Shown one piece after another: positions 10,788 to 31,119 of a stretch of 64,000 nt of DNA. Within the stretch, counting starts at the first letter, position 1, and every line of letters starts with the position of its first letter. Where the stretch lies: positions 770 to 64,769 of the forward strand of contig JAGXFV010000024.1 in assembly GCA_024637095.1 (NCBI GenBank), given 5' to 3'. The notes beneath the pieces were generated by a model. The model made no database searches. It was given only the letters and a program-made list of their open reading frames with translations, and was not told the DNA's origin. Origin of the DNA: Actinomycetes bacterium (GTDB lineage Bacteria; Actinomycetota; Thermoleophilia; RBG-16-64-13). The position numbers and the translations under genes were made by a program.

Positions 10788-11183
10788 TTACCACACGAAG
10801 CAGACGACTTCGCCGCCAACACCCAGGCGCTTCGCTTCCCGCGAGGTCATCACCCCGTGAGACGTCGACATGATCGCCGTCCCCAGGCCTCCGAGCACGC
10901 GTGGCAGCTTGTCCTTCTTGGCGTAGATCCGGCGGCCCGGCTTGCTGATGCGCTTGATTTGGGCAATCACGCGCCGACGGTCCTCGGTGTATTTCAACTC
11001 GAGGATTAGCTCGTCGTAGCTCTCGCCCTTCTCGACCCGGACGTCCGCGATATAGCCCTCGTCCTTGAGGATCCCAGCGATGTCGACCTTGAGTTTGGAG
11101 GTCGGCATCCGGACCTCTTGCATCATGGCCTTGTTGCCATTCCGGATCCGAGTGAGCATATCGGCGATAGGATCAGTAAGCAT
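10788..11183 (-). CDS. rpsH: 30S ribosomal protein S8
   Basis: 131 aa [17 protein letters not shown]. Confidence 0.95.
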   Translation of the reverse strand: MLTDPIADMLTRIRNGNKAMMQEVRMPTSKLKVDIAGILKDEGYIADVRVEKGESYDELILELKYTEDRRRVIAQIKRISKPGRRIYAKKDKLPRVLGGLGTAIMSTSHGVMTSREAKRLGVGGEVVCFVW

Positions 11184-11192
11184 CTCTACCCC

Positions 11193-11378
11193 CTACCAGC
11201 TCGACTTGGTGACGCCGGGAACCACGCCCTGGTGCGCGAGATCCCGCAGACAGATTCGGCACAGACCGAACTTGCGGTAGTAACCCCGCGGCCGCCCACA
11301 CCGATTGCATCGGTTGTAGGCCCGGGTGGAGAACTTGGCCGGGCGCCTGTTCTTCGCAATTTGCGACTTCTTGGCCAT
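11193..11378 (-). CDS. rpsN: 30S ribosomal protein S14, type Z (zinc-ribbon, 61 aa)
   Basis: [48 protein letters not shown]. Confidence 0.93.
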   Translation of the reverse strand: MAKKSQIAKNRRPAKFSTRAYNRCNRCGRPRGYYRKFGLCRICLRDLAHQGVVPGVTKSSW

Positions 11379-11396
11379 TAACTAGTGCTCCTCTTC

Positions 11397-11942
11397 CTAG
11401 CTCTGCCGAAAGGGCATGCCCAGCTTGCGCAGCAGAGCCCGCCCCTCTTCGGGGTTCGTGGCGGTGGTGGTGATGGCGATATCCATCCCCCGCACCCGGT
11501 CGATCTTGTCGTAGTCGATCTCCGGGAAGATGATCTGCTCCCGAAGGCCGAGGTTGTAGTTGCCGTCGCGGTCGAAGGCGTCCGGGGAAATGCCCCGGAA
11601 GTCACGGATCCTGGGGAGCGCGATGCTGATCAAGCGATCGAGCATCTCCCACATCCGGTCACCGCGCAGCGTGACCCGCAGGCCGACAGGCATGCCCTCA
11701 CGGACCTTGAAGTTGGCGATCGACTTGCGCGCCCGCCGCACCTGGGCCTTTTGCCCGGTGATGGCGGCCAACTGCTCGCCGGCTTCCTCCAACTGCTTGG
11801 CGTCCTGCGACGCCTCGCCGAGGCCCATGTTCACGGTCAACTTGGTGACCCGGGGGACCTGCATCACGTTCTCGTACCCGAACTCCTCGCGCAGTTCGGG
11901 CAGAATCTCCTGTTGATATCTCTCTTTTAGCCTGGGCGCCAT
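11397..11942 (-). CDS. rplE: 50S ribosomal protein L5
   Basis: 181 aa ...[20 protein letters not shown]. Confidence 0.95.
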   Translation of the reverse strand: MAPRLKERYQQEILPELREEFGYENVMQVPRVTKLTVNMGLGEASQDAKQLEEAGEQLAAITGQKAQVRRARKSIANFKVREGMPVGLRVTLRGDRMWEMLDRLISIALPRIRDFRGISPDAFDRDGNYNLGLREQIIFPEIDYDKIDRVRGMDIAITTTATNPEEGRALLRKLGMPFRQS

Positions 11943-11946
11943 CTGC

Positions 11947-12294
11947 CTAGCCTTTATCCACGGTTACGTCGCACTTCTTACAGAAACGAACCTTCTCATC
12001 GCCTTCTTCGCGCATCCCCACCCGGGCGGCCTCGCCGCAGCCGGGACATACCAGCATCACGTTTGAGATCGGAAGCGGCGCTTCGCGCTCGATGACGCCA
12101 CCCTGGGGGTTGCGCTGAGTGGGGCGGACGTGACGCTTGATGAAGTTCACGCGCTCAACGACCACGCGGTTGTCTTCGGGGATGACCCGCAGGATCTTGC
12201 CCTCCTTGCCGGTCTCTTTGCCCTGAATCACGCGGACGGTGTCGCCCCGCCTAATCTTCTTGGTGAAGTTGTCTTTGGTCTTGGTCTTGCCCAT
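11947..12294 (-). CDS. rplX: 50S ribosomal protein L24; its conserved C-terminal region carries four Cys (CPGC...CKKC)
   Basis: 115 aa [25 protein letters not shown]...[40 protein letters not shown]. Confidence 0.9.
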   Translation of the reverse strand: MGKTKTKDNFTKKIRRGDTVRVIQGKETGKEGKILRVIPEDNRVVVERVNFIKRHVRPTQRNPQGGVIEREAPLPISNVMLVCPGCGEAARVGMREEGDEKVRFCKKCDVTVDKG

Positions 12295-12297
12295 GGT

Positions 12298-12666
12298 CTA
12301 CAGCACCTCCGGGGCCAGGGACACGATCCGCGTGAAGTTCTTGTCACGCAGTTCGCGGGCCACCGGGCCGAAGATCCGCGTGCCCCGCGGGTTGTTCTGG
12401 CGGTCGATCAGGACTGCGGCGTTCTCGTCGAAGCCGATGTAGGTGCCGTCCTTGCGCCCAAACGGCTTCTTGACCCGTACCACCACAGCCTGAACCACTT
12501 CGCCCTTTTTCACCGAGCCGCCCGGGGTCGCCTCTTTGACCGTGCCCACGATGACATCGCCCACGCCGGCATAGCGCCGGCGGGACCCGCCCGTGATCCG
12601 GATGCAGAGGAGCTCTCGAGCGCCGGTGTTATCGGCGACCTTGAGTCTCGTTTCTACCTGTACCAT
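12298..12666 (-). CDS. rplN: 50S ribosomal protein L14
   Basis: 122 aa [16 protein letters not shown]. Confidence 0.95.
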   Translation of the reverse strand: MVQVETRLKVADNTGARELLCIRITGGSRRRYAGVGDVIVGTVKEATPGGSVKKGEVVQAVVVRVKKPFGRKDGTYIGFDENAAVLIDRQNNPRGTRIFGPVARELRDKNFTRIVSLAPEVL

Positions 12667-12699
12667 CGCTCTCGTTTCCCGTCTCTTGGTAGGGCGGCT

Positions 12700-12957
12700 T
12701 TACTCAGCCCGCTGCAGCACTTCGATGAGCCGCCAGCTCTTGTCCTTGGACAGGGGGCGGCACTCACGCACCAGCACGGTGTCACCCACATGGGCGGTGT
12801 TCTGCTCGTCGTGGGCCTTCAGCCGCTCGGTGCGGCGCATGACCTTTTTATAGAGAGGGTGCGGCTTGGCCGCGGTCACCTCGACGACGACGGTCTTATC
12901 CATCGCATCCGAGACCACCAGGCCCTGGCGCTCCCGTTGGGTGCCTTCACCGGCCAT
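12700..12957 (-). CDS. rpsQ: 30S ribosomal protein S17
   Basis: 85 aa ...[14 protein letters not shown]...[29 protein letters not shown]. Confidence 0.93.
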   Translation of the reverse strand: MAGEGTQRERQGLVVSDAMDKTVVVEVTAAKPHPLYKKVMRRTERLKAHDEQNTAHVGDTVLVRECRPLSKDKSWRLIEVLQRAE

Positions 12958-13152
12958 CTACTGCTCCTTCTCCTTGTAGCTCTTCACGGTCAGGATCCGG
13001 GCGATGTCCCGCCGGACCTGCTTCAGGCGCGCGGTGTTCTCGAGCTGCCCGGTCGCGTGCTGGAACCGCAGGTTGAACAGTTCCTCACGGTTTTGCTTGA
13101 GCAGCTGCTCCAGCTCCTGGCCATCCATCTCGTTGATCTCGTTAACCTTCAA
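12958..13152 (-). CDS. rpmC: 50S ribosomal protein L29
   Basis: 64 aa [31 protein letters not shown]. Confidence 0.9.
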   Translation of the reverse strand: MKVNEINEMDGQELEQLLKQNREELFNLRFQHATGQLENTARLKQVRRDIARILTVKSYKEKEQ

Positions 13153-13564
13153 AGCCGTCCTCCCTCGCCACGAAACGTGCCTTGACCGGGAGCTTCTGGG
13201 CGGCGAGGCGGATGGCCTCTTTCGCCAGATCCTCGGGCACGCCGGCCAGCTCGAACATCACCCGGCCGGGCTTGATCACGGCGACCCATTTGTCAGGCGA
13301 ACCCTTGCCCGAGCCCATCCGGGTCTCGGCCGGCTTCGCCGTCACCGGCTTGTGCGGGAAGATGTTGATCCACACCTTGCCGCCCCGCTTGATCTTGCGG
13401 GTCATGGCAACACGGGCGGCCTCGATCTGCCGGTTGGTCACCCAGCCGGCCTCAAGCGCCTGCAAACCATACTCGCCGAACTGCACGCTGGTCTGGCCCT
13501 TGGCCTTACCGGCTCGTCTGCCGCGCTGCTGCTTGCGGTACTTTATTCTCTTGGGTAGTAGCAT
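13142..13564 (-). CDS. rplP: 50S ribosomal protein L16
   Basis: 140 aa [23 protein letters not shown]. Confidence 0.95.
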   Translation of the reverse strand: MLLPKRIKYRKQQRGRRAGKAKGQTSVQFGEYGLQALEAGWVTNRQIEAARVAMTRKIKRGGKVWINIFPHKPVTAKPAETRMGSGKGSPDKWVAVIKPGRVMFELAGVPEDLAKEAIRLAAQKLPVKARFVAREDGFEG

Positions 13565-13656
13565 CGTTTCCTCGTTCTCCTGGCGTCCGCGTCACACGGC
13601 CTCGGGTGTGGCCATCAACCAGAGAGGGAGACCCCTCCGGCGGCCACTCCCGCAGC

Positions 13657-14364
13657 CTAGGACTGCGGTCCGCCCCTCCGCCGCCGGTTGTCGACGATTC
13701 CGAGCCTGTCGCGGTCGCTCGCATCCTCCGCAAAGCCCTCGGGCATTACCTCGCCCTTATTGATCCACACCTTCACGCCGATCTTGCCGAAGGTGGTGTT
13801 CGCCTCGGCAAAGCCGTAGTCGATATCGGCCCGCAGGGTGTGAAGGGGGACGCGCCCCTCGCTGTAGCCTTCGATCCGCGCCATCTCGGCGCCGCCCAAA
13901 CGTCCCGCTGAGCGCACCTTGATGCCCTCCGCGCCGGAACGCACGGCCGAGGTGATCGCCCGCTTCATCGCGCGCCGGAAGCTCACCCGGTTGGCGAGTT
14001 GCTCGGCAATGGACTGGGCCACCAGGCTGGCGTCGAGCTCGGGCCGCTTGATCTCGGTGATGTTGATGTGGACGGCTTTGCCCGTCATATCGTGGATCTC
14101 GCGGCGCAGAGCGTCGACTTCGGATCCCGACTTACCGATCACGATGCCGGGACGCGCCGTGAAGATGTCGATCACGATCTTGTTCGTGTCCTTGCGGATC
14201 ACTATATCGGAAAGACCAGCGTGACCCATCTTGGTCTGGATGTGCCGTCGGATCGCCAAGTCCTCTTTGAGGAAGCTGGCGTAGTTCCGCTCGGTGAACC
14301 AGTGGGCCTTCCAATCGTGGATGATGCCTAGCCGGAGTCCCTCCGGATGTACCTTCTGACCCAC
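13657..14364 (-). CDS. rpsC: 30S ribosomal protein S3
   Basis: 235 aa [23 protein letters not shown]; KH domain. Confidence 0.95.
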   Translation of the reverse strand: MGQKVHPEGLRLGIIHDWKAHWFTERNYASFLKEDLAIRRHIQTKMGHAGLSDIVIRKDTNKIVIDIFTARPGIVIGKSGSEVDALRREIHDMTGKAVHINITEIKRPELDASLVAQSIAEQLANRVSFRRAMKRAITSAVRSGAEGIKVRSAGRLGGAEMARIEGYSEGRVPLHTLRADIDYGFAEANTTFGKIGVKVWINKGEVMPEGFAEDASDRDRLGIVDNRRRRGGPQS

Positions 14365-14367
14365 TAG

Positions 14368-14706
14368 CTACGACTCCTTTCTCTCGTCCAGAGAGATGGT
14401 GATGTGACTGGTCCGCTTGCGGATACGAGTCGCCCGGCCCATCGCCCGCGGGCGAAAGCGCCGCAGCGTCGGACCTTCGTTGACAAAGGCGCGCGCGACG
14501 ATCAGTTCGTCGGCGTCCATGTCGTGGTTGTTCTCAGCATTCGCCAGCGCGGACTTCAGCACCTTACGCACCTCGGGAGACGCACCCCGGGGAGTCAGCA
14601 TCAGGATCGAATCCGCATCCTGCACCGACTTGCCCCGGATCAGATCTACCACCAGCCGGGCCTTCCGAGGGGAAACCCGGACGTATTTCGCGGTCGCGTC
14701 GACCAT
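14368..14706 (-). CDS. rplV: 50S ribosomal protein L22
   Basis: 112 aa [26 protein letters not shown]. Confidence 0.93.
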   Translation of the reverse strand: MVDATAKYVRVSPRKARLVVDLIRGKSVQDADSILMLTPRGASPEVRKVLKSALANAENNHDMDADELIVARAFVNEGPTLRRFRPRAMGRATRIRKRTSHITISLDERKES

Positions 14707-14708
14707 GG

Positions 14709-14990
14709 CTACCTCCTCGCCCGTTTCTCTTTACCGCCGCTGTGGCCGCGGTAGGTACGGGTGAGGGCAAACTCGCCCAACCGGTGGCCCACCATGCTCT
14801 CGCTGACGTAGATGGGCACATGCTTGCGCCCGTCGTGCACCGCGATCGTATGGCCCACCATCTCGGGATAGATGACCGAAGCGCGAGACCAGGTCCTCAG
14901 CATGCGCTTCTCGCCCGTCTGATTCATGCGCTCGATGCGCTGCATCAACCTCTCTTCGACGAAGGGAGCTTTCTTGCTCGATCGTGCCAC
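14709..14990 (-). CDS. rpsS: 30S ribosomal protein S19
   Basis: 93 aa [17 protein letters not shown]...[18 protein letters not shown]. Confidence 0.95.
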   Translation of the reverse strand: MARSSKKAPFVEERLMQRIERMNQTGEKRMLRTWSRASVIYPEMVGHTIAVHDGRKHVPIYVSESMVGHRLGEFALTRTYRGHSGGKEKRARR

Positions 14991-14999
14991 GTTCTACTC

Positions 15000-15833
15000 C
15001 TATCGTCCCTTGCCGCGTCGCCGGATGATGTACTTGTTGGAGGGCTTGTTGGCCTTCCGGGTCTTGTGCCCCAAAGTGGGCACGCCCCAGGGGGTCACCG
15101 GATGGCGCCCCGGAGGGGTGGATCCCTCGCCGCCGCCGTGCGGGTGATCGACCGGGTTCATGGTCGTTCCTCGGACGGTCGGGCGGACACCGCGCCAGCG
15201 GCTTCGCCCGGCCTTACCGCCGGTGAGGTTCTCGTGCTCGGCGTTGCCGATCTGACCGACGGTCGCCCGGCAATCCAGGTGAACCCGGCGCATCTCGCCG
15301 GAGGGCAGGCGCAGGACGGCGTAGTTGCCCTCTTTGGCCATGATCTGCGAGCCGGTGCCGGCGGAACGGGCCAACTGGCCGCCTTTGCCGATGTGCAGCT
15401 CTATGTTGTGCACCGTGGTGCCTGTGGGGATTCTGCGCATGGGCAGAGCGTTCCCCACTTTGATGTCCGCTTCCGGCCCGGACTCGATCTGATCGCCGAC
15501 CTTCAGCTTGTTGGGCGCCAGAATATAGCGCTTCTCGCCGTCGAAGTAATGGATCAAGGCGATGCGGGCGCTGCGGTTGGGATCGTACTCGATCGAGGCG
15601 ACCCGGCCGGGCACCCCGTCCTTGTTCCGCTTGAAATCGATGACTCGGTAGAGCCGCTTATGGCCCCCGCCCTGATGTCGCGTCGTGATCCGGCCGTTGT
15701 TGTTCCGCCCACCCTTCTTCTTGATGGAAACGGTAAGCGACTTCTCCGGCTCGGACTTGGTGACCTCTTCAAACCCCGGCGTGGTGGTGAACCGTCGGCC
15801 CGGGGAGGTCGGCCTGTATTTTTTGACAGCCAT
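15000..15833 (-). CDS. rplB: 50S ribosomal protein L2
   Basis: 277 aa [15 protein letters not shown]... Confidence 0.95.
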   Translation of the reverse strand: MAVKKYRPTSPGRRFTTTPGFEEVTKSEPEKSLTVSIKKKGGRNNNGRITTRHQGGGHKRLYRVIDFKRNKDGVPGRVASIEYDPNRSARIALIHYFDGEKRYILAPNKLKVGDQIESGPEADIKVGNALPMRRIPTGTTVHNIELHIGKGGQLARSAGTGSQIMAKEGNYAVLRLPSGEMRRVHLDCRATVGQIGNAEHENLTGGKAGRSRWRGVRPTVRGTTMNPVDHPHGGGEGSTPPGRHPVTPWGVPTLGHKTRKANKPSNKYIIRRRGKGR

Positions 15834-15859
15834 GTTCCTCCTACTCTTCCTTCCCGGTC

Positions 15860-16144
15860 CTAGGTCGCGCCGAAGAACTCGATCCGGTCACCCGGAGCAA
15901 GTTCGACCACGGCCTTCTTCCACTGACGGGTGCGGCCCCGGGTCATGCCTCGCCGCTTGGGCTTGGCCTTCATGTTGATGGTGTTGACCCCGATCACGCT
16001 CACACCGAAGATCTCCTCGACCGCATCGCGGATGTGGCCTTTGGTCGCCTTACTGTAAACCTCGAAGGTGTACTTGTTCTGCTCGATCTGGTCATAGCTC
16101 TTCTCGGAGATGACCGGACGCATGATTATCTGCCTGGCATCCAT
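15860..16144 (-). CDS. rplW: 50S ribosomal protein L23
   Basis: 94 aa [17 protein letters not shown]. Confidence 0.93.
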   Translation of the reverse strand: MDARQIIMRPVISEKSYDQIEQNKYTFEVYSKATKGHIRDAVEEIFGVSVIGVNTINMKAKPKRRGMTRGRTRQWKKAVVELAPGDRIEFFGAT

Positions 16145-16768
16145 CTACGCTTCGCCTCCCTGCAGGGCGACGAAGGCCGACTCCGTGACGAGCACGCTGC
16201 GCGCCCACACGTAGTCCTGAACGCCAACCTCGCTCCAGAGCATCACCCGGGTCTGCGGCAGATTGCGGAAGCTCAGCAGGAGCTCCGCGTCTTCCGGCCG
16301 GCCAATCACCAGCAGGGGCTTTTCGATGGCGGCCTCAGCCAGGATCGCGACCGCCCTGTTGGTGGAGGGCAGTTCGAATTCAGCGCCGGCAAGCACGCGC
16401 ACGGCCCCGGCCTCGACCAGATTCCCCAGCGCCTGCCGATAGGCCTTGGCGCGCACCTTCTTGTTGACCTTAAATTCGTGATCGCGGGGCTTCGGCGGGA
16501 ACGCCACGCCGCCCTTGGTCCAGTGAGGCACGCTGCTGCGGCCGGCGCGGGCGCGGCCCGTGCCCTTTTGACGCCACGGCTTGGCGCCGGTGGCAGCCAC
16601 TTCACCGCGCGACTTGGCTGAGTGCGTGCCCTGTCGAGCTGCGGCCTGCTCGGCCCGAACCACCTCGTGCACGAGGCCCATATTGAACCCCGACTCCACG
16701 AGGGCGTCCGGGAGCTGCGCCTCGCCGATTGTCGCTCCATTGTCGTCTATCTTCGGTAGTGTTGGCAT
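16145..16768 (-). CDS. rplD: 50S ribosomal protein L4
   Basis: 207 aa ...WRQKGTGRARAGR. Confidence 0.93.
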   Translation of the reverse strand: MPTLPKIDDNGATIGEAQLPDALVESGFNMGLVHEVVRAEQAAARQGTHSAKSRGEVAATGAKPWRQKGTGRARAGRSSVPHWTKGGVAFPPKPRDHEFKVNKKVRAKAYRQALGNLVEAGAVRVLAGAEFELPSTNRAVAILAEAAIEKPLLVIGRPEDAELLLSFRNLPQTRVMLWSEVGVQDYVWARSVLVTESAFVALQGGEA

Positions 16769-16773
16769 CGATC

Positions 16774-17385
16774 CTATCCTCTGACGAACACGAGGGAACC
16801 CTTGCCGCCGGGCACCGCGCCCTTGATCAGCAGGAGGTTCCGTTCGGGGTCGGTGCTTACCACCGTCAACCCGGATTGAGTGACTTTCTTGTTGCCCATC
16901 TGCCCCGGAAGACGCGTGCCCTTGAAGACGCGCGCGGGGCTGGCGGAAGCGCCGATCGAGCCGGGGGCCCGATGGAAACGGGAGCCGTGCCCGCCGGGGC
17001 CTCCCTTGAAGTTGTGCCTCTTCATGACTCCCTGAAAGCCCTTGCCTTTGCCGATACCGCTCACGCGGATCTTGTCGCCGGGCTCGAACACCTCTACGGT
17101 CACGGTGTCACCCACGGTCAGCTCGTCGCTGCCCGCTACCTCGACCAGGTGACGGTGGGGGGCGGTCCCACTCCTGTTCAGATGGCCCAGGAGCGGCTTG
17201 TTCAGTTTCTTGGCCTTCACTTCTTGAAAGGCGAGTTGGGTGGCCTCGTAACCGTCCGTTTGCGTCGTCTTCTTTTGGGTCACCACACAGGGGCCGGCCT
17301 GCAGAACCGTCACCGGGGTCACGGTGCCGTCCTCGCCGAAGACCTGGGTCATGCCCAGCTTTTTTCCTAGTATTGCCTTCATCAC
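16774..17385 (-). CDS. rplC: 50S ribosomal protein L3
   Basis: 203 aa [16 protein letters not shown]. Confidence 0.95.
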   Translation of the reverse strand: MMKAILGKKLGMTQVFGEDGTVTPVTVLQAGPCVVTQKKTTQTDGYEATQLAFQEVKAKKLNKPLLGHLNRSGTAPHRHLVEVAGSDELTVGDTVTVEVFEPGDKIRVSGIGKGKGFQGVMKRHNFKGGPGGHGSRFHRAPGSIGASASPARVFKGTRLPGQMGNKKVTQSGLTVVSTDPERNLLLIKGAVPGGKGSLVFVRG

Positions 17386-17690
17386 AACTTGATCTCGATG
17401 TCGACGCCCGCGGGCAGATCCATCCGCATCAGCGAATCCACGGTCTTGGGAGTCGGTTGGTGGATGTCGATCAGACGCTTGTGCGTACGGATCTCGAAAT
17501 GCTCCCGCGAATCCTTGTCTTTGAACGGGCCCCGGATCACGCAGTAGACGTTCTTCTCGGTGGGCAGAGGAACCGGTCCCGAAATCGTGGCGCCGGTACG
17601 CTCGGCCGTTTCCACGATGCTGCGGGCGCTTCTGTCCACGAGCTCGTGGTCATACGCTTTGAGCCGTATCCGTATTTTCTGCTGTGCCAA
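17382..17690 (-). CDS. rpsJ: 30S ribosomal protein S10. The start is corrected to the TTG at 17690 ([15 protein letters not shown]...); the 22-aa N-terminal extension in the ORF track is a longest-ORF artefact.
   Basis: Conserved N-terminus [16 protein letters not shown] begins right after the TTG. The track start at 17747 is also TTG (caa on the plus strand). Confidence 0.9.
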   Translation of the reverse strand: MAQQKIRIRLKAYDHELVDRSARSIVETAERTGATISGPVPLPTEKNVYCVIRGPFKDKDSREHFEIRTHKRLIDIHQPTPKTVDSLMRMDLPAGVDIEIKL

Positions 17691-17760
17691 CGTGTCCTCG
17701 CCTCTATCGTGCTCGAGAGCGGGGCGACTCCCGCCGCCCCGCTCCAATGCGCCTAAGCTG

Positions 17761-18966
17761 TTACTTGATGATCTTGGTGACCACGCCCGCGCCCACGGTC
17801 CGGCCGCCCTCGCGAATAGCGAAGCGGAGGCCTTCCTCCATGGCGATCGGGGTGATCAGGCTTACGTTCAGGTTCGTGTTATCACCAGGCATGACCATTT
17901 CGACGCCCTCTTCGAGGGTGACGTCGCCGGTCACGTCGGTCGTCCGGAAGTAGAACTGCGGACGGTATCCGTGGAAGAACGGAGTGTGACGTCCGCCTTC
18001 TTCCCGGGACAGAACATAGACTTCGGCCTCGAAGTCGGTGTGGGGCGTGATGCTGCCCGGCTTGGCCAGCACTTGGCCGCGCTCGACGTCTTCCCGCTTG
18101 ATGCCGCGGAGCAGCACGCCGATGTTGTCGCCGGCAACGCCTTCGTCCAGCAGCTTGCGGAACATCTCCACGCCGGTGGCAACGGTCTTTTGGACCTTCT
18201 CATGGATACCGACGATCTCGACCTCTCCGCCGACCTTGACGATTCCGCGGTCAACCCGGCCGGTCACCACGGTGCCGCGGCCTTGAATGGTGAAGACGTC
18301 CTCGATGGGCATCAGGAAGGGCTTGTCCGTGTCGCGCTCCGGCTGAGGCAGGTAGCTGTCCACCGCATCCATCAGCTCCAGGATCGGCTTGCAGGCTTCG
18401 CACTCGTCGCCGCCGCAACCACACTCGAGCGCCTTGAGGGCGGAGCCGGTAACGATGGGGATGTCGTCCCCGGGGAACTCGTACTCGGTCAGCAGTTCGC
18501 GCACTTCCATCTCGACCAGCTCGAGGAGCTCGGGGTCGTCGACCATGTCGGCCTTGTTGAGGAAGACCACGATGTAGGGAACGCCGACCTGACGGGCGAG
18601 CAGAATGTGCTCACGCGTCTGGGGCATGGGGCCGTCGGCAGCGGAAACGACCAGGATCGCTCCGTCCATCTGAGCGGCACCGGTGATCATGTTCTTGATG
18701 TAGTCAGCGTGCCCCGGGCAGTCCACGTGGGCGTAATGCCGATTGTCGGTCTCGTACTCCACATGAGCCGTGGCAATTGTGATGCCGCGCTCGCGCTCCT
18801 CGGGAGCGTTGTCGATGGAGTCGAAACTCCTTACGGTAATGTTGGGGTTACGGGACGCGAGACAGCACGTGATAGCCGCGGTAAGGGTGGTCTTGCCGTG
18901 GTCGACGTGACCAATCGTCCCGATGTTCACGTGCGGCTTCGTCCGCTCGAACTTCGCCTTCGCCAT
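17761..18966 (-). CDS. tuf: Elongation factor Tu
   Basis: 401 aa [33 protein letters not shown]. Confidence 0.97.
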   Translation of the reverse strand: MAKAKFERTKPHVNIGTIGHVDHGKTTLTAAITCCLASRNPNITVRSFDSIDNAPEERERGITIATAHVEYETDNRHYAHVDCPGHADYIKNMITGAAQMDGAILVVSAADGPMPQTREHILLARQVGVPYIVVFLNKADMVDDPELLELVEMEVRELLTEYEFPGDDIPIVTGSALKALECGCGGDECEACKPILELMDAVDSYLPQPERDTDKPFLMPIEDVFTIQGRGTVVTGRVDRGIVKVGGEVEIVGIHEKVQKTVATGVEMFRKLLDEGVAGDNIGVLLRGIKREDVERGQVLAKPGSITPHTDFEAEVYVLSREEGGRHTPFFHGYRPQFYFRTTDVTGDVTLEEGVEMVMPGDNTNLNVSLITPIAMEEGLRFAIREGGRTVGAGVVTKIIK

Positions 18967-19049
18967 TTCTTCCTTCCTCCTGTCGCCTGACAGTCTGCTT
19001 CAAAGGCCGCCGCACATCGGCCGGCCCCTTGGCCCTTGTTTAACGCCGT

Positions 19050-21161
19050 TTAGCCGCGCTGAGCGATAATCTCCTCAGCAACGCTGCTCGGCACTTCAGA
19101 GTAATGATTGAACTGCATGCTGTATACCGCCCGACCCTGCGACATCGAGCGAAGGTCGGTAGCGTATCCGAACATGCTCGCCAAGGGAACCTCGGCGCGG
19201 ATTACCTGTGCGCCCGCCCGCGGTTCCATCCCCAGGATGTGTCCGCGCCGACTGCTGAGATCGCCCATCACGTCGCCCATGTACTCATCGGGAACCACCA
19301 CCTCGACCGCTTCCACCGGCTCCATCAGAACCGGCTTGCCTCGCCTGGCACCTTCCTTGAAGGCCATGGAGCCGGCGATCTTGAAGGCCATCTCCGAGGA
19401 GTCGACCTCGTGGTAGGAGCCATCGAACAACTCCACCTTCACATCCACCATCGGGAAGCCGGCGATGACCCCGGTTTCCATGGCTTCGGTCACGCCGGCT
19501 TCGACCGCGGAAATGTACTCGCGCGGCACGGCGCCACCGACGATCTTGTTGGTGAAGACCAAGCCCTCTCCGGGCTCAGCCGGCTCCATGCGCAGAACCA
19601 CATGGCCGAACTGGCCGCGGCCGCCGGTCTGCCGGACAAAGCGGCCTTCCACCTTGTCGACCGGCTTGCGCACGGTCTCCCGGTAGGCAACCTGCGGACG
19701 GCCGACATTGGCGTCAACGCGAAACTCGCGCAGCAGTCGGTCGACGATGATCTCCAGATGAAGCTCGCCCATACCACCAATGATGGTCTGGCCTGTCTCC
19801 TCGTCGGTCCGCACCCGGAAGGTGGGATCCTCCTCCGAGAGCTTGACCAAGCTCTCGGACAGTTTGTCCTGGTCGGCCTTGGTCTTGGGCTCGATGGCCA
19901 CGTGAATCACGGGCTCGGGGAACTCGATGGACTCCAGGATCACCTGATGATCCGCATCGGTCAGCGTGTCGCCGGTGGTCGTGGCCTTAAGGCCGACGGC
20001 CGCGGCGATGTCCCCGCTGAAGATCTCCTCGCGGTCTTCCCGGTGATTGGCGTGCATCTGCAGGATGCGGCCCACCCGTTCCTTCTTGCCCTTGCTCGTG
20101 TTGTAGACGTAAGAACCCGACTTGAGCGAGCCGGAATAGATCCGGAAGAACGTCAGCTTGCCAACGTAAGGATCGGTCATAATCTTGAAGGCGAGTGCCG
20201 AAAAGGGCTGATCGTCCCCGGGCTCGCGGATGATCTCTTCGCCGGACTTGGGATCGACGCCCTCTACCGGAGGGACATCCATCGGGGACGGGAGGAACTC
20301 GAGCACGGCGTCCAACAGCATCTGCACGCCCTTGTTCTTGAAAGCCGACCCACACATAACCGGCACCAACGCGATGTTCAGCGTCGCCTCGCGGATAGCC
20401 TCGCGCACGTCGGCTTCGGCAACCTCTTCGCCCTCGAGGTAGGCCATCATGATGTTTTCGCTATGGTCGGCCAGCATCTCGACCATCTGCGCGTGGGCTT
20501 CCTCGGCCTCGGCCTTCATGTCGGCAGGGATGTCGATCTCGTCCCACTCGACGCCCATGTCGTCCTTGTACATGTACGCCTTCATCCGCACCACATCGAC
20601 GATCCCCCGGAAGTTGTCCTCGGCCCCGATGGGGAGTTGGATGACCAGCGGATTGGCATGCAGGCGGTCGATCATGGTCTGAACACCGCGGCGGAAATCC
20701 GCGCCGGTGCGATCCATCTTGTTGATGAAGGCGATACGGGGAACCCGATACTTGTCGGCCTGCCGCCACACCGTCTCCGACTGCGGCTCGACGCCGGCAA
20801 CCGAGTCAAAAAGCGCGATGGCCCCGTCCAGGACACGAAGGGAACGCTCGACCTCCATAGTGAAGTCCACGTGCCCGGGCGTGTCTATAATGTTGATTCG
20901 ATGATCTTTCCACTCGCAGGTCGTAGCGGCCGCCGTAATGGTGATCCCGCGCTCCTGCTCCTGTTCCATCCAGTCCATGACAGCGGCGCCGTCGTGCACC
21001 TCGCCGATCTTGTAGGTCCGACCGGTGTAGTACAGGATCCGCTCGGTGGTCGTCGTCTTACCGGCATCGATGTGGGCCATGATGCCGATGTTACGCACCC
21101 GCTCGAGCGGAAACAGTCGCTTGCTGCTGGAAACTACCTTTTTCTCCGTTGCCTGTGCCAC
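19050..21161 (-). CDS. fusA: Elongation factor G
   Basis: 703 aa ...[25 protein letters not shown]. Confidence 0.97.
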   Translation of the reverse strand: MAQATEKKVVSSSKRLFPLERVRNIGIMAHIDAGKTTTTERILYYTGRTYKIGEVHDGAAVMDWMEQEQERGITITAAATTCEWKDHRINIIDTPGHVDFTMEVERSLRVLDGAIALFDSVAGVEPQSETVWRQADKYRVPRIAFINKMDRTGADFRRGVQTMIDRLHANPLVIQLPIGAEDNFRGIVDVVRMKAYMYKDDMGVEWDEIDIPADMKAEAEEAHAQMVEMLADHSENIMMAYLEGEEVAEADVREAIREATLNIALVPVMCGSAFKNKGVQMLLDAVLEFLPSPMDVPPVEGVDPKSGEEIIREPGDDQPFSALAFKIMTDPYVGKLTFFRIYSGSLKSGSYVYNTSKGKKERVGRILQMHANHREDREEIFSGDIAAAVGLKATTTGDTLTDADHQVILESIEFPEPVIHVAIEPKTKADQDKLSESLVKLSEEDPTFRVRTDEETGQTIIGGMGELHLEIIVDRLLREFRVDANVGRPQVAYRETVRKPVDKVEGRFVRQTGGRGQFGHVVLRMEPAEPGEGLVFTNKIVGGAVPREYISAVEAGVTEAMETGVIAGFPMVDVKVELFDGSYHEVDSSEMAFKIAGSMAFKEGARRGKPVLMEPVEAVEVVVPDEYMGDVMGDLSSRRGHILGMEPRAGAQVIRAEVPLASMFGYATDLRSMSQGRAVYSMQFNHYSEVPSSVAEEIIAQRG

Positions 21162-21330
21162 GTTAATTCTCTATATCCCGTCGTTCGTGATGTTGCGCTA
21201 CTTCGTCCCACACATCGGCCCCGCCCGAAAGCTCGCTCCCGGGGCAGGGCCGCGAATCATATACTTTACCAACTGAAGCCCGGTTGTCTCAGGCCTCGGT
21301 TGAACTCCGGCTGAAAAGAAAAGAGCCCGG

Positions 21331-21801
21331 CTACCAGCGATAGTGGGCAAAGGCCTTATTGGCCTCGGCCATACGCAGCAGGTCTTCCTTCTTCTTTATG
21401 GTCGTGCCCGTGCGATTGAAGCTGTCCAGCAGCTCGTTGGCCAGACGGGTCGCCATGCTGTTCTCGCGCCGCTCACGGCTGTGGTTGACCAGCCAGCGCA
21501 CGGCCAGGGTGTAAGACCTTCTGGTCGCCACTTCGATCGGCACCTGATAGTTGGCGCCGCCAACTCGTCGGGACTTGACCTCGAGAGAAGGACGGACGTT
21601 CTCGATCGCATCCCGGAGAACCGTCACCGGGTCCTGTCCCGTCCTCTCGCGGAGAATGTCCATCGCGTCGTAGACGATCTGCTCGGCGAGAGACTTCTTG
21701 CCGTCCAGCATCAACCGGTTGACGAGCTGAGTCACCAGCCGATTGCGGTAGACCGGATCGGGGACTATATCCCGCTTGGATGCGCGTGCTCTACGTGCCA
21801 T
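21331..21801 (-). CDS. rpsG: 30S ribosomal protein S7
   Basis: 156 aa [20 protein letters not shown]. Confidence 0.95.
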   Translation of the reverse strand: MARRARASKRDIVPDPVYRNRLVTQLVNRLMLDGKKSLAEQIVYDAMDILRERTGQDPVTVLRDAIENVRPSLEVKSRRVGGANYQVPIEVATRRSYTLAVRWLVNHSRERRENSMATRLANELLDSFNRTGTTIKKKEDLLRMAEANKAFAHYRW

Positions 21802-21821
21802 CTTGTGCTAGCTCCCCTGAC

Positions 21822-22194
21822 CTAACTGCCGGCTTTGACGCCGTACTTGGAACGACTTTGCTTCCGGTTGGCGACGCCGGCCGCGTCCAGAGCGGCCCGC
21901 ACGACCTTATAGCGAACACCCGGCAGGTCCTTGACCCGGCCGCCACGCACCAAGACCACGGAGTGCTCTTGCAGATTGTGCCCGATTCCAGGAATGTAAG
22001 CCGTGATCTCCATCCCATTGGTCAACCGGACGCGCGCAACCTTCCGCAGGGCCGAGTTCGGCTTCTTGGGAGTGGTCGTGTACACCCGGGTACAGACGCC
22101 CCGCTTCTGCGGCGCGCCCTTGAGGGCTGGGGTCCTGTTCTTCTTTTCCTGCTGCTGCCGCCCTTTGCGGATCAGCTGATTAATCGTCGGCACA
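21822..22194 (-). CDS. rpsL: 30S ribosomal protein S12. The start is corrected to the GTG at 22194 (124 aa); the ORF track over-extends it by 44 codons.
   Basis: [13 protein letters not shown]...[39 protein letters not shown]... aligns end to end with canonical S12. Confidence 0.9.
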
Positions 22195-22386
22195 AATGCT
22201 CCTATATCTGGATATTCCACATGCCCGTTTATTCCTTTGCCGGGCCCCCCGCCTCGTCCTCCCATAGGGAGTACTCGGCCGAAGCCGCGACGGCGAAGTA
22301 TAACAAAGGGCTTGGGGGGCTGCAACAAAGGCGCAGCCCCCGTGTCCGCTCATCTCGACTGTCGCGCCGGTTGTTGCCTGCCTCGG
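22195..22386 (-). promoter_or_regulatory. Leader and candidate sigma70-like promoter of the str operon (rpsL-rpsG-fusA-tuf) and of everything downstream
   Basis: The minus strand reads TTGCAG-17nt-TATACT (revcomp of ~22290-22320). It lies in a 190-nt non-coding gap between rpoC and rpsL. Inference only. Confidence 0.3.
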
Positions 22387-26706
<4,320 letters not shown>

Positions 26707-26736
26707 AGGAAGATCTCCTTACCCTCGTCCTCGGTC

Positions 26737-30525
<3,789 letters not shown>

Positions 30526-30675
30526 ACGGGTCACTCCTCGTTGAGACGGGCAAGGGCTAGCGAACGAACGCGCAAACTCGGATATTAGCACAGCTCTGCA
30601 AACGCGCACAAGCCCGGCGGGGCACCACTTTAGGCACCCCTAACCGGGCTCGAGAACTGCTGACGACGAAGTTCG

Positions 30676-31083
30676 TTACTTGACCTCGACGGTCGCGCCG
30701 GCTTCTTCCAGCTGACCTTTGACCTCTTCGGCCTCGTCTTTGGTGATGGCTTCCTTGACGGCGTTCGGCGCGTTGTCAACCAGATCCTTGGCCTCTTTGA
30801 GGCCCAGACCGGTGATCTGCCGGACGACCTTGATCACTTGTATCTTCTTGTCGCCGGCCGCCTGAAGGACGACGTCGAACTCGGTCTGCTCTTCGGCCTC
30901 GGCCGGAGCGGCTCCCGCGGGGGCGGCGGCGGCTACGGGGGCGGCGGCGCTCACGCCAAACTCCTCCTCCAGGGCCTTGACGACCTCCGCCAGTTCGAGC
31001 ACGGACATCTTCTTGATCTCTTCAATAAGCTCTTGAGAGTTCATACTGCTGTTCACCTCCTCCCCCACACAATCGGGGCGCAT
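30676..31083 (-). CDS. rplL: 50S ribosomal protein L7/L12
   Basis: 135 aa [31 protein letters not shown]. Confidence 0.95.
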   Translation of the reverse strand: MRPDCVGEEVNSSMNSQELIEEIKKMSVLELAEVVKALEEEFGVSAAAPVAAAAPAGAAPAEAEEQTEFDVVLQAAGDKKIQVIKVVRQITGLGLKEAKDLVDNAPNAVKEAITKDEAEEVKGQLEEAGATVEVK

Positions 31084-31119
31084 CGTTTCTCCGGCGGCAC
31101 GCGGCCGCCGCTCACGCGG

